From Acutalibacteraceae bacterium (lineage in GTDB: Bacteria > Bacillota > Clostridia > Oscillospirales > Acutalibacteraceae), in NCBI GenBank assembly GCA_045543505.1, contig JAZQMR010000037.1, positions 1 to 36,635 on the forward strand: DNA of 36,635 nt, in the 5' to 3' direction. Below the pieces are notes generated by a model. The model was not told the origin of the DNA. It saw only the letters and a program-made list of their open reading frames with translations, and did not search any database. A program made the position numbers and the translations under genes. This document shows, in pieces, positions 7,411 to 15,138 of the stretch; positions within the stretch are counted from its first letter, which is position 1, and every line of letters begins with the position of its first letter.

Positions 7411-8805
7411 TTAGCCACCTTGAATGAAAAAGCGCTGCACAAAATCAATAAGGTCTTGCCCGGACAAGCCAAAGCGATTCATTGCCCACTCAAGCATATT
7501 TTTAAGGCGAGGGTTGTTAAAGTTCAAGTTGCGCTGTTGGACACTTGCTTCTTGCGGTTCAGTTGTGTTGGAATTGAAGATTTGCTCCAAACCACTTGCT
7601 GCTCGCTCTGATGCTCGGTTAAAGTTGTCCTCTTCAATTGCAAAATCAATAGTGTCAACACGTGTTTCACGCATAAGAAACTCGTCGCCGTTGCGTGCAC
7701 ACACGGGTACTCTTGGCGCTACAGTGAGGCTATTTGCTGCTTGGACTGTCACATCACGCGTAGGTCTATCCTCAGTAAAACCTGAAAACTCTATATCACC
7801 GCCATCAATAATGCCCGCGCCAGTACCATCGTGTGTAAAAAGATTGGAAGAGGTCGAGTAAACTGTAGAACGCTCGCCTGCGTTAATTCTATTCGCACCC
7901 TCAGCCGTTATGGCCCCATCGCCATACACCCGCGTGTTACCATTGCCATCCACCTGCGTGCGACCGTTACCGACCACCTGCGTGTCACCGTCGCCGCGCA
8001 CCAGCGTACCACCATTGCCATCCACCCGCGTGTTACCATTGCCATCCACCTGCGTGCGACCGTTACCGACCACCCGCGTGTCACCAGCGCCTACCACATA
8101 CGTGAAACCGGCCCCGTTCACTCGCGTGTCACCATTGCCATCCACCCGCGTGCGACCGTTGCCATTCACCTGCGTGAAACCGTCGCCGCGCACCAGCGTA
8201 CCACCAGTGCCATCCACATGTGTGTTACCGTTGCCATTCACCCGCGTGCAACCGTTGCCATCCACCTGCGTGAAACCGTCGCCGAACACCCGCGTGACAC
8301 CATTGCCATCCACCCGTGTGTTACCGTTGCCATTCACCCGCGTGCGACCGTTGCCATCCACCTGCGTGAAACCGTCGCCGCACACCAGCGTACTACCAGT
8401 GCCATCCACCTGCGTGAAACCGTCGCCGCACACCAGCGTACTACCAGTGCCATCCACCTGTGTGTCACCGTTTCCTTTCACCCGCGTGTGACCGTTGCCA
8501 TTCACCTGCGTGGCACCGTTGCCGCGCACCAGCGTATCACCAGCACCATCCACTTGCGTGAAACCGTTGCCAGTCACCGTAGTTTCACCATCACCATACA
8601 CTTGCGTGAAACCGTCGCCAATAACATATGTGTCGTCGTTGTCGATGATCATGCGATCAGGTTGCGCACTAACAGTATTCGTGTAACTGCCATAAATTTG
8701 ACTCGATAATCCTACTGCCGCCACCAGCCCCAGTGCAACCAGCTTTTTAGCTGCGCTGTTGCAGACTGACCATATGTCCTCGTGAATGAACTTGTTTTTT
8801 TGCAT
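7411..8805 (-). CDS. Secreted octapeptide-repeat protein (predicted beta-solenoid), 464 aa, unknown function
   Basis: ATG at 8805 is preceded by GGGGGA. Signal peptide KKLVALGLVAAVGLSS...VSA|QP. Then 30 uninterrupted 8-residue repeats G-x-G-x-T-x-V-x, followed by a non-repetitive C-terminal domain of about 160 aa. The ORF-track start at 8862 adds 19 aa with no RBS. Confidence 0.75.
   Translation of the reverse strand: MQKNKFIHEDIWSVCNSAAKKLVALGLVAAVGLSSQIYGSYTNTVSAQPDRMIIDNDDTYVIGDGFTQVYGDGETTVTGNGFTQVDGAGDTLVRGNGATQVNGNGHTRVKGNGDTQVDGTGSTLVCGDGFTQVDGTGSTLVCGDGFTQVDGNGRTRVNGNGNTRVDGNGVTRVFGDGFTQVDGNGCTRVNGNGNTHVDGTGGTLVRGDGFTQVNGNGRTRVDGNGDTRVNGAGFTYVVGAGDTRVVGNGRTQVDGNGNTRVDGNGGTLVRGDGDTQVVGNGRTQVDGNGNTRVYGDGAITAEGANRINAGERSTVYSTSSNLFTHDGTGAGIIDGGDIEFSGFTEDRPTRDVTVQAANSLTVAPRVPVCARNGDEFLMRETRVDTIDFAIEEDNFNRASERAASGLEQIFNSNTTEPQEASVQQRNLNFNNPRLKNMLEWAMNRFGLSGQDLIDFVQRFFIQGG
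7900..8619 (-). repeat. Coding tandem repeat: 30 in-phase 24-bp units with 48-bp and 96-bp higher-order copies
   Basis: 24-nt periodicity over 720 nt with no indels. Exact 48-bp x2 tandem at 8354-8401 / 8402-8449. 7927-7989 matches 8023-8085 at 62 of 63 positions (96-nt offset). Confidence 0.9.
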
Positions 8806-8930
8806 GTATGCATTCCCCCTTTTTTGTTTAGTTTCAATATCGATGATATCACAAATCAACATCTAAGTCAAGCGTATTTTAAATCTTATGGCAAATATAT
8901 TTACAAAAGAAGATACCTAAGCTCAAGCAA

Positions 8931-9689
8931 GGAGAGTGTTTTCTAAAATAATCAAATGTGATATAGTAGGAAGAAAAGGGCGGTATAGATATGTACAAGT
9001 GCAAAAAGTGCGAATCAAACGAATACGTAAAAGCTGGCTTTGTAAAGGGTGAGCAGCGATACAAATGCAAGAAATGTGGCTGCCGATTTGTGCCAACAAG
9101 ACATAAAGGTAGAAGCAAACAAGAAAAGATTTTGGCAGTGTGGATGTACGCGCACGGTTTTTCATTTAGAACCATCGCCAAGTTTTTTAAGGTCAACGTT
9201 CATTCGTCGTTCGTTTGTTTGAGTGAAAGCTTTTGTAAAAAACAACTATTCTAAACCGGCTCCAATTGACGATAGCGTAGTGATTGAGCTCGACGAAATG
9301 TGGCATTTTTTATATTCAAAAAAAGGCAAGTTTGGATTTGGAAAGCTTATTTCCAAACCACAAAACAGCTCATCGATTGGGAGTGCGGAGCTCGAGATTC
9401 TGAAACGTTTAGAAAAATGTACGAGCGATAAAAAAGTGGAACTTAAAAGTATTCTTTAGCGATCGATACAGTGTTTATCGTAATTTTATACCACCGGAAC
9501 ATCCGATTCAAACAAAATTCGAAACACATTTAATTGAAAGCGACAATTTTTCTCAACGACGCTGGTTTGCAAGATTTAGACGAAAAACCTGCTGTGTTTC
9601 CCGCTCCCTCGACATGATTAATTTGACCATATTTATGAGGCCGTTCATGTCAATAAGTCTATCAGCACAGTTATTTGAGCAACGCTTCC
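8931..9689 (+). mobile_element. IS1-family element (second lineage), full length but frameshifted and defective
   Basis: Left end GGAGAGTGTTTTCTAAAATAA; right end TTATTTGAGCAACGCTTCC (9671-9689) is its imperfect inverse. Zinc-finger InsA-like ORF (MYKCKKCES...YKCKKCGCRF), then DDE pieces VIELDEMWHF... and ...RRKTCCVSRSL in different frames. Confidence 0.7.
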
Positions 9690-9916
9690 TTCAACGGTGT
9701 AAGTCTGGCTTTTGTTTTTTAGCGAAGTATGAGTGCCTTCATAGCATGCTTCTGAGTACGCCGAATATGCGCCAGAGTAGAATTGACGAGCCTTCACGGA
9801 CCGCTCAACTAAATGCTGAATCCGCTCTCGACTTTTATCGAAGGCTATGTCGAAGCCTACGATTTTCTGTGTATCTCTGCTTACCAACGTTTTTGCTCAA
9901 TGTCGGCGCGATATAG
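9690..9916 (-). mobile_element. Internal fragment of the IS1-family element seen intact at 35790-36555
   Basis: Minus-strand translation VSRDTQKIVGFDIAFDKSRERIQHLVERSVKARQFYSGAYSAYSEACYEGTHTSLKNKSQTYTVEG parallels residues encoded at 36150-36350. The DNA is visibly similar, with scattered substitutions. It abuts the right end of the preceding IS. Confidence 0.7.
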
Positions 9917-10231
9917 CTAAATTTTATTGACGACGCGCGCTAATCACCGAATTTCAAGCTAAATGTTTGCTGGCTGACCATGGTTATGACACTGACGCTA
10001 TCATCAGATGGGTGCTTCAAGCGGGAATGACACCTGTAATTCCTCCGAAGAAAAACCGCAACGCTCTGCGCAACTACGATAAACATATTTACAAGTTGAG
10101 ACATCTCGTCGAGAATGCATTTTTGCACCTCAAAAGATGGCGCGGTATAGCTACCCGTTACGCTAAAAATGTTGCATTGTTTGTCGCGGCAGTCTAAGTA
10201 TCGCTCTTTGGCTAAAAATTTATTGACGACA
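9917..10231 (+). mobile_element. IS5-family (IS427/IS1031-like) transposase C-terminal remnant
   Basis: LADHGYDTDAIIRWVLQAGMTPVIPPKKNR...YDKHIYKLRHLVENAFLHLKRWRGIATRYAK is the typical C-terminal DDE segment. The N-terminal two thirds are missing. Flanked by direct repeats AAATTTTATTGACGAC (9921) and AAAATTTATTGACGAC (10214). Confidence 0.7.
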
Positions 10232-10264
10232 CAGTCTAGAAAATTCTCATGACGTGCCTTTAGT

Positions 10265-10293
10265 TTTACATTCATACGCGAGTTTGCTATAAT
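10265..10293 (+). promoter_or_regulatory. Sigma-A-like promoter for the polysaccharide operon
   Basis: TTTACA (10265-10270), 17-bp spacer, TATAAT (10288-10293); 40 nt upstream of ATG 10334. Confidence 0.5.
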
Positions 10294-10333
10294 AAAGATT
10301 AATTTATGTGGAGATTTTTGAGGGGCATTTAAA

Positions 10334-11335
10334 ATGAACGATGGCAAGCGATCAGTGCGTGTGTCGGTGGTTCTCCCGGTGCGCAATGAGGAGAAATACA
10401 TAGCTGAATGCATAGAGTCGGTGTTGAGGCAGGATTTTTGCAAGGACGACATGGAGCTGATTTTGGTTGATGGCGACTCGGAGGACAAAACGGTTGAGAT
10501 AATAGGACGTTTTGCTAATAAATATAACTTCATAAAGTTGTTAAGAAACCCGCAGCGAACCGTGCAACACGCGCTAAACATCGGAATAAAAAACGCGGTG
10601 GGGGAGTACATCATTCGGATGGATGCGCACTCGGAGTATGCAGACGACTACATTTCAAAGTGCGTTGAGTGCCTTGAGAAAACTGGCGCTGAAAATGTCG
10701 GTGGGCCGATGATTGCAATAGGTAAAACTCCAATTCAATGCGTAGTGGCTGCCGCTTACCATAGCCCGTTTGCACTCGGAGGAGGAAAGTTCCACGACGA
10801 AGACTACGAAGGTTACGCTGATACCGTTTATTTGGGAGCCTTTCGGCGAGAGACATTGTTGAAGCTGGGCTTGTACGACGAGCGACTGCCTTGTAATGAG
10901 GATGACGACTTGAATTTTCGCCTCGTGGAGAGCGGCGGAAAGGTGTTCATCACGCCGAAAATTAAGAGTGTGTATTACCCGAGAGCTTCGTACTCGGCGC
11001 TTTTTAAGCAATATTTTCGGTATGGCTTTTGGAAGGTCGCTGTGATAAAAAAGCACAAGAAGCCAGCGCGTTTGTCGCACTTGGTGCCCGCCGCGTTCGT
11101 AGCGTTCCTCATTTTGAGCTCGATTTTATCGTACTTTAGCAAGCTGGCAGATGATATATCGTCGCTCGTTTTGCTGCTTTACTTCGCTTTGAGCCTGTAT
11201 TTTTCGCTCAAGAACTCACGTGTGACGTCATTTGCTGACAAGCTGCGGCTGGTTTGGGCACACTTTATCCTGCATACGGCTTATGGGCTGGGCTTTTTGT
11301 GCGGAATTTTCAAATTTTGGAGAACTGATTTCTAA
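10334..11335 (+). CDS. Family 2 glycosyltransferase, ExoA-like, with C-terminal TM helices
   Basis: VSVVLPVRNEEKYIAECIESVL...ELILVDGDSEDKT; NEDDDLNFR acidic motif; hydrophobic C-terminus. Confidence 0.85.
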   Translation: MNDGKRSVRVSVVLPVRNEEKYIAECIESVLRQDFCKDDMELILVDGDSEDKTVEIIGRFANKYNFIKLLRNPQRTVQHALNIGIKNAVGEYIIRMDAHSEYADDYISKCVECLEKTGAENVGGPMIAIGKTPIQCVVAAAYHSPFALGGGKFHDEDYEGYADTVYLGAFRRETLLKLGLYDERLPCNEDDDLNFRLVESGGKVFITPKIKSVYYPRASYSALFKQYFRYGFWKVAVIKKHKKPARLSHLVPAAFVAFLILSSILSYFSKLADDISSLVLLLYFALSLYFSLKNSRVTSFADKLRLVWAHFILHTAYGLGFLCGIFKFWRTDF

Positions 11336-12217
11336 ATGGAACAAAAATATGAGTTTTCAAGTGACGAATTGCGCAAGTTGCAGATGAAAAACCTAGAAAT
11401 GGCGCTGTATTTTAGAGACTTTTGCAAGGCAAACGACCTAAAATTTTTCCTCTGTGGAGGCGGCTGCATCGGCGCGGTGCGACACAAGGGGCTCATTCCG
11501 TGGGACGACGATCTCGATGTCTTTATGCCGAGGGATGACTACGAAAGATTGGGCACCTTGTGGAAAAAAAAGGCCGACACGAGTCGCTACGCCTACTGCA
11601 GGCCGGATGAGGACCACTACTATCGAAATTTGTTTGCCACTATAAATGATAACCGCACGACCTTTATAAAGACGCTTCAGGCAGACCTCGACATTAACCA
11701 TGGTCTTAGATTGGATATTTTGCCCCTCGATGGCTATCCAAACTCGAAAATTGCCCGCGCTTGTCAAGTCTTTTGGGCGCTCGTTTACTCTATTTTTTGC
11801 GCGCAGATACCCCCGACGAACCACGGAAAAGTCATCAATGTTTTGGGCAATATTCTACTTAGTTGCGTGCCGGGTAAAAAAATGCGCTATAAAATTTGGC
11901 GCTTTGCCGAGAAAAAAATGTCCAAGCACAAAATTTGCGACTGTAACAACATTACAGAGCTTTGCTCGGGGCCATACTATATGCGCAAAAAATATCCGAA
12001 GGCAGCCTTCGAGGAGGCGCTTGAAGTGGAGTTCGAGGGAGAGATGATGCCGATTCCAAAGGGCTACGACGACTATTTGCGGACGGCCTTCGGCGACTAC
12101 ATGCGGCTGCCGCCCGAGGAGAAGCGCGCGCCGCACCACGATGCGGTGTTTTGCGACTTGGAGAACGGCTACGAAAAATACAAAGGTGTATATTATTGCA
12201 GAGGTGAAAATAAATGA
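11336..12217 (+). CDS. licD: LicD-family phosphotransferase (probable ribitol-phosphate or phosphocholine transferase)
   Basis: LicD signature FFLCGGGCIGAVRHKGLIPWDDDLDVFMPRDDYERL. TAAATG junction with the upstream gene and ATGA overlap with tarI. Confidence 0.85.
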   Translation: MEQKYEFSSDELRKLQMKNLEMALYFRDFCKANDLKFFLCGGGCIGAVRHKGLIPWDDDLDVFMPRDDYERLGTLWKKKADTSRYAYCRPDEDHYYRNLFATINDNRTTFIKTLQADLDINHGLRLDILPLDGYPNSKIARACQVFWALVYSIFCAQIPPTNHGKVINVLGNILLSCVPGKKMRYKIWRFAEKKMSKHKICDCNNITELCSGPYYMRKKYPKAAFEEALEVEFEGEMMPIPKGYDDYLRTAFGDYMRLPPEEKRAPHHDAVFCDLENGYEKYKGVYYCRGENK

Positions 12218-12927
12218 TTTTTGGAGCAGTTTTGGCCGGCGGTATCGGCTCGAGAATGAACATTGCGGACATGCCAAAACAATTCCTAATGCTCGGCAGC
12301 AAGCCGATTGTTATTCACTCGGTTGAGAAATTTTTGATGTGCTCGCGCTTCGATAAGATTTACATAGGGGTGCATCCGGATTGGGTTTTGCATATGCGTG
12401 ACTTGCTCGAGAAGTACAACTTGGACACCGAGCGGCTCATTTGCGTGCCCGGCGGGACAGACAGAAATAGCACGCTTTTTAACATTATTAACCACATTAA
12501 GGAAAACTATGGCAACGATGATGATAACATTATTGTGACGCACGACTCAGTGCGGCCGTTTGTGACGAGCAAAATCATCGAGGAAAACATCGACGCGGCT
12601 CTGAACTTTGGTGCGTGCGATACCGTGGTCGGTGCAACGGACACCATCGTGATGTCGGAAAACGGCCGCGTGATTTCTAGCGTGCCGAACAGGAAGTTCA
12701 TGTATCAAGGGCAGACGCCGCAGAGCTTTAAGGTCAACTTGCTGAGCGACTTGTATAACGACCTGAGCGACGAGGAAAAGGCCACCTTGACCGACGCGTG
12801 CACGATTTGCGTTGTGCGGAATTATCCGGTGCATTTGGTTGAGGGTTCGGCCTCAAACTTCAAAATAACGACCGTACCGGACTACAAAATCGCGCAGGCG
12901 ATGGTTGGAGGGCTGCACGTTGATTAG
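12214..12927 (+). CDS. tarI: D-ribitol-5-phosphate cytidylyltransferase
   Basis: Near full-length resemblance to pneumococcal TarI: ILAGG.G.RM....PKQFL.LG..PI.IH..EKF...THDSVRPF...YQGQTPQ.F...LTDAC...NLKITT..D.KIA. Confidence 0.9.
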   Translation: MIFGAVLAGGIGSRMNIADMPKQFLMLGSKPIVIHSVEKFLMCSRFDKIYIGVHPDWVLHMRDLLEKYNLDTERLICVPGGTDRNSTLFNIINHIKENYGNDDDNIIVTHDSVRPFVTSKIIEENIDAALNFGACDTVVGATDTIVMSENGRVISSVPNRKFMYQGQTPQSFKVNLLSDLYNDLSDEEKATLTDACTICVVRNYPVHLVEGSASNFKITTVPDYKIAQAMVGGLHVD

Positions 12928-13933
12928 CTGCACATATCAGCTGGTGCACCCGCGCGCGTTCTCCGTGCAGTTTTCCGACATCGCCCTCGACGCCGGAGTC
13001 ATCGTCAAGCCGCGATATATGGCCCTTTGTCACGCCGATCAGCGCTATTATCTTGGCCAACGTGACGCATCTATTTTGAGGCAAAAACTTCCCATGGCGC
13101 TCATCCACGAAAGCTGCGGCGAGGTTGTCTACGATAAGTCTGGCGCCTTTAAGGTCGGCCAAAATGTCGTTATGATTCCCAATGTGCCGGGCGTTGTTCG
13201 CGATGGCGAGTACGAAAATTACTCAAGAGGCGCGAGGTTCTTATCGAGTGGCTACGATGGCTTTATGCAAGAATTTATCGCGATGCCGAGTGATCGCCTT
13301 GTGCCCTTTGAGGATGTTCCCTTGCAAGTGGCGGCCATTTGCGAGTTCGTGAGTGTAGGCATGCACGCGGCTAGCCGCTTTGACCGGTGCGCGCATCAAT
13401 ATCGTGACACCCTCGCGGTGTGGGGCGACGGCAGCCTGGCCTACGTGGTGGCGTGCATCTTGAAGAATGCGCACAAAAATGCGAAAATTGTTGTTGTGGG
13501 CAAGAATCGCGCGAAATTATCCTATTTTTCCTTCGCGGACGAGACTTACTTGATCGACGAGCTGCCAGAAAATTTGCGCATCGACCATGCCTTTGAGTGT
13601 GTGGGTTCGCAGGGCAGCTTCTACGCGATAAACGACATTATTCGGCACATCAATCCGCAAGGGACGGTCGTGCTGCTTGGTGTGAGCGAGGATAAGGTTG
13701 CGATCAATACGCGCGATATTCTCGAGAAGGGCTTGACGATGCTCGGCTGCAGCCGCTCGGGACGGGCTGATTTCGAGAAGGCTGTTGAGTTCTTGCGAAA
13801 TAAAGATTTTCAGCATAGATTGTCGGCCATCGTGCACGAGGCGGCAGCGGTCGGGAGCATCGACGACATACATCGGGTGTTCGCCGAGGATGCCGGCACG
13901 ATGTTCAAGACGGTTTTTGAGTGGAAATTATAG
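12920..13933 (+). CDS. tarJ: Ribulose-5-phosphate reductase (zinc-ADH family)
   Basis: YMALCHADQRYYLGQRDASILRQKLPMALIHESCGEVV...VGQNVVMIPN parallels TarJ. I prefer TTG 12920, 7 nt after GGAGGG (12907-12912); ATG 12905 is an alternative. Confidence 0.88.
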   Translation: MISCTYQLVHPRAFSVQFSDIALDAGVIVKPRYMALCHADQRYYLGQRDASILRQKLPMALIHESCGEVVYDKSGAFKVGQNVVMIPNVPGVVRDGEYENYSRGARFLSSGYDGFMQEFIAMPSDRLVPFEDVPLQVAAICEFVSVGMHAASRFDRCAHQYRDTLAVWGDGSLAYVVACILKNAHKNAKIVVVGKNRAKLSYFSFADETYLIDELPENLRIDHAFECVGSQGSFYAINDIIRHINPQGTVVLLGVSEDKVAINTRDILEKGLTMLGCSRSGRADFEKAVEFLRNKDFQHRLSAIVHEAAAVGSIDDIHRVFAEDAGTMFKTVFEWKL

Positions 13934-13942
13934 GTGGCAAAA

Positions 13943-14923
13943 ATGGCAAAAGTTAGTGTGATTGTGCCGGTCTACAAGGTCGAGAAATATCTCGAGACCT
14001 GCGTGAAGTCCTTGTTGGAGCAGACGTTGACCGACATAGAGATAATTTTAGTGGACGATGGCTCGCCGGATGCGTGCGGTCAGATGTGCGATGACTTTGC
14101 AGAGAACGACCCTCGAGTGAAGGTAATTCACAAGGAAAACGGCGGTCTCAGCGATGCCCGAAATGCTGGCATAACCGCGGCGACAAGCCAATATATTGGT
14201 TTTGTGGACAGCGATGACTACGTCGCGCCCGACATGTACGCGACCCTCTACGGCGGCATCACGCGGCACGGCGCCGACGTGGCTATTTGCGGCCTTTATG
14301 ACTGCTATAAGACCAAGAAAATTCCGCAATTTGCTGGCAGTGAACGTTTAATCCTCGACAACGAAGAGGCCTTGGGGTTGGCGCTGGAGGGCATTAAATT
14401 TTCTGTCAACGCGGTGAACAAGCTCTATAAGAAGTCACTCTTCGACGAGATAAAATTCCCACAAGGCAAGCTCTCGGAAGATGCCTTCACGATTCCGCAA
14501 ATACTAGCGCGTGCGCGGACGGTGATCTTTGATTCGCGGCCGAAATATTTCTACGTGCATAGGGGAGAGAGCATCACGACGTCGGCCTTCAAGGCGCAGG
14601 ATTTCAACGTCGTCGAAGCGTACGAGCAGAATCTGCGGCTGGTCGAGGCGCGCTTCCCGGGGCTGCGGCGGCAGGCCGAGTTTCGGCTCTTGTGGGCGCA
14701 CATGTACGTGTTCGACAAGATGCTCATGAGCGAGAGTTTTACCGATGTTGAGAGCTACAAGCGAGTGTTGACGCAACTGCGACGGCAAACATTTAAGGTT
14801 TTGACGAACCCAATTTTCTCGCTAAAAAGAAAGGCCGTAAGCCTAATTTTGCTGGCAAGTCCAGGCCTTTATGCACGGCTGTTGCGCCGCCAAAAACAGA
14901 AAAATTTGGCGTTGCATGAGTGA
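13943..14923 (+). CDS. Family 2 glycosyltransferase
   Basis: KVSVIVPVYKVEKYLETCVKSLLEQT...EIILVDDGSPD...FVDSDD. ATG 13943 follows AGGTGG (13932-13937); GTG 13934 is an alternative. The stop TGA 14921-14923 lies in the MITE target duplication. Confidence 0.85.
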   Translation: MAKVSVIVPVYKVEKYLETCVKSLLEQTLTDIEIILVDDGSPDACGQMCDDFAENDPRVKVIHKENGGLSDARNAGITAATSQYIGFVDSDDYVAPDMYATLYGGITRHGADVAICGLYDCYKTKKIPQFAGSERLILDNEEALGLALEGIKFSVNAVNKLYKKSLFDEIKFPQGKLSEDAFTIPQILARARTVIFDSRPKYFYVHRGESITTSAFKAQDFNVVEAYEQNLRLVEARFPGLRRQAEFRLLWAHMYVFDKMLMSESFTDVESYKRVLTQLRRQTFKVLTNPIFSLKRKAVSLILLASPGLYARLLRRQKQKNLALHE

Positions 14924-14929
14924 CTATTT

Positions 14930-15107
14930 CGGGAATGCCCCAAGTGAGCATTTTCCATTGGCTTAGCTGCCAACCTGAGCCGCGAGGCCAAAGAAAATAT
15001 TATTTTCTTTGTGGCCCAGCGCTCAATGTGTTGAGCGCTGGGCTGGCCGAAGACCCACAGGGCCTTCGGCTCCTCGCGGCCGCTAGATGCGCGATTAGGG
15101 CACTACC
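14930..15107 (-). mobile_element. MITE copy 2 (inverted relative to copy 1), with a perfect 8-bp target-site duplication
   Basis: Ends GGGAATGCCCCAAGTGAGCAT (14931-) and ...ATGCGCGATTAGGGCACTACC (-15107). The core has the same three hairpins as the other copies. GACTATTT occurs at 14922-14929 and again at 15108-15115. Confidence 0.85.
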
Positions 15108-15138
15108 GACTATTTTTACAAGAAGGATTGTTTTTTAC

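Noticed and set aside
7900-8619. A regular 24-bp periodic array that might be mistaken for a CRISPR array or non-coding satellite.
   Set aside because: There are no unique spacers between repeats. The period is a multiple of 3 with no indels, and the array lies inside one long ORF. No cas genes are nearby.
7424-8709. Long plus-strand ORFs (145, 292, 193 and 63 aa) antisense to the octapeptide-repeat gene.
   Set aside because: They are mirror products of a stop-free 24-bp periodic sequence and translate to monotonous H/R/P/T/V strings. They have no RBS or sensible start context. The minus-strand frame has a signal peptide, an RBS and a unique C-terminal domain.
9614-9916. The plus-strand 100-aa ORF here, and the analogous minus-strand 87-aa ORF at 36153-36416.
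   Set aside because: Both are antisense read-throughs of IS1-family transposase sequence. The sense frames carry the conserved DDE-region residues.
14920-15138. First 73 codons of the ORF-track 552-aa ORF (MTISGMPQVSIFHWLSCQPEPRGQRK...).
   Set aside because: They are a read-through of MITE copy 2. The membrane protein starts at GTG 15139 behind its own RBS.
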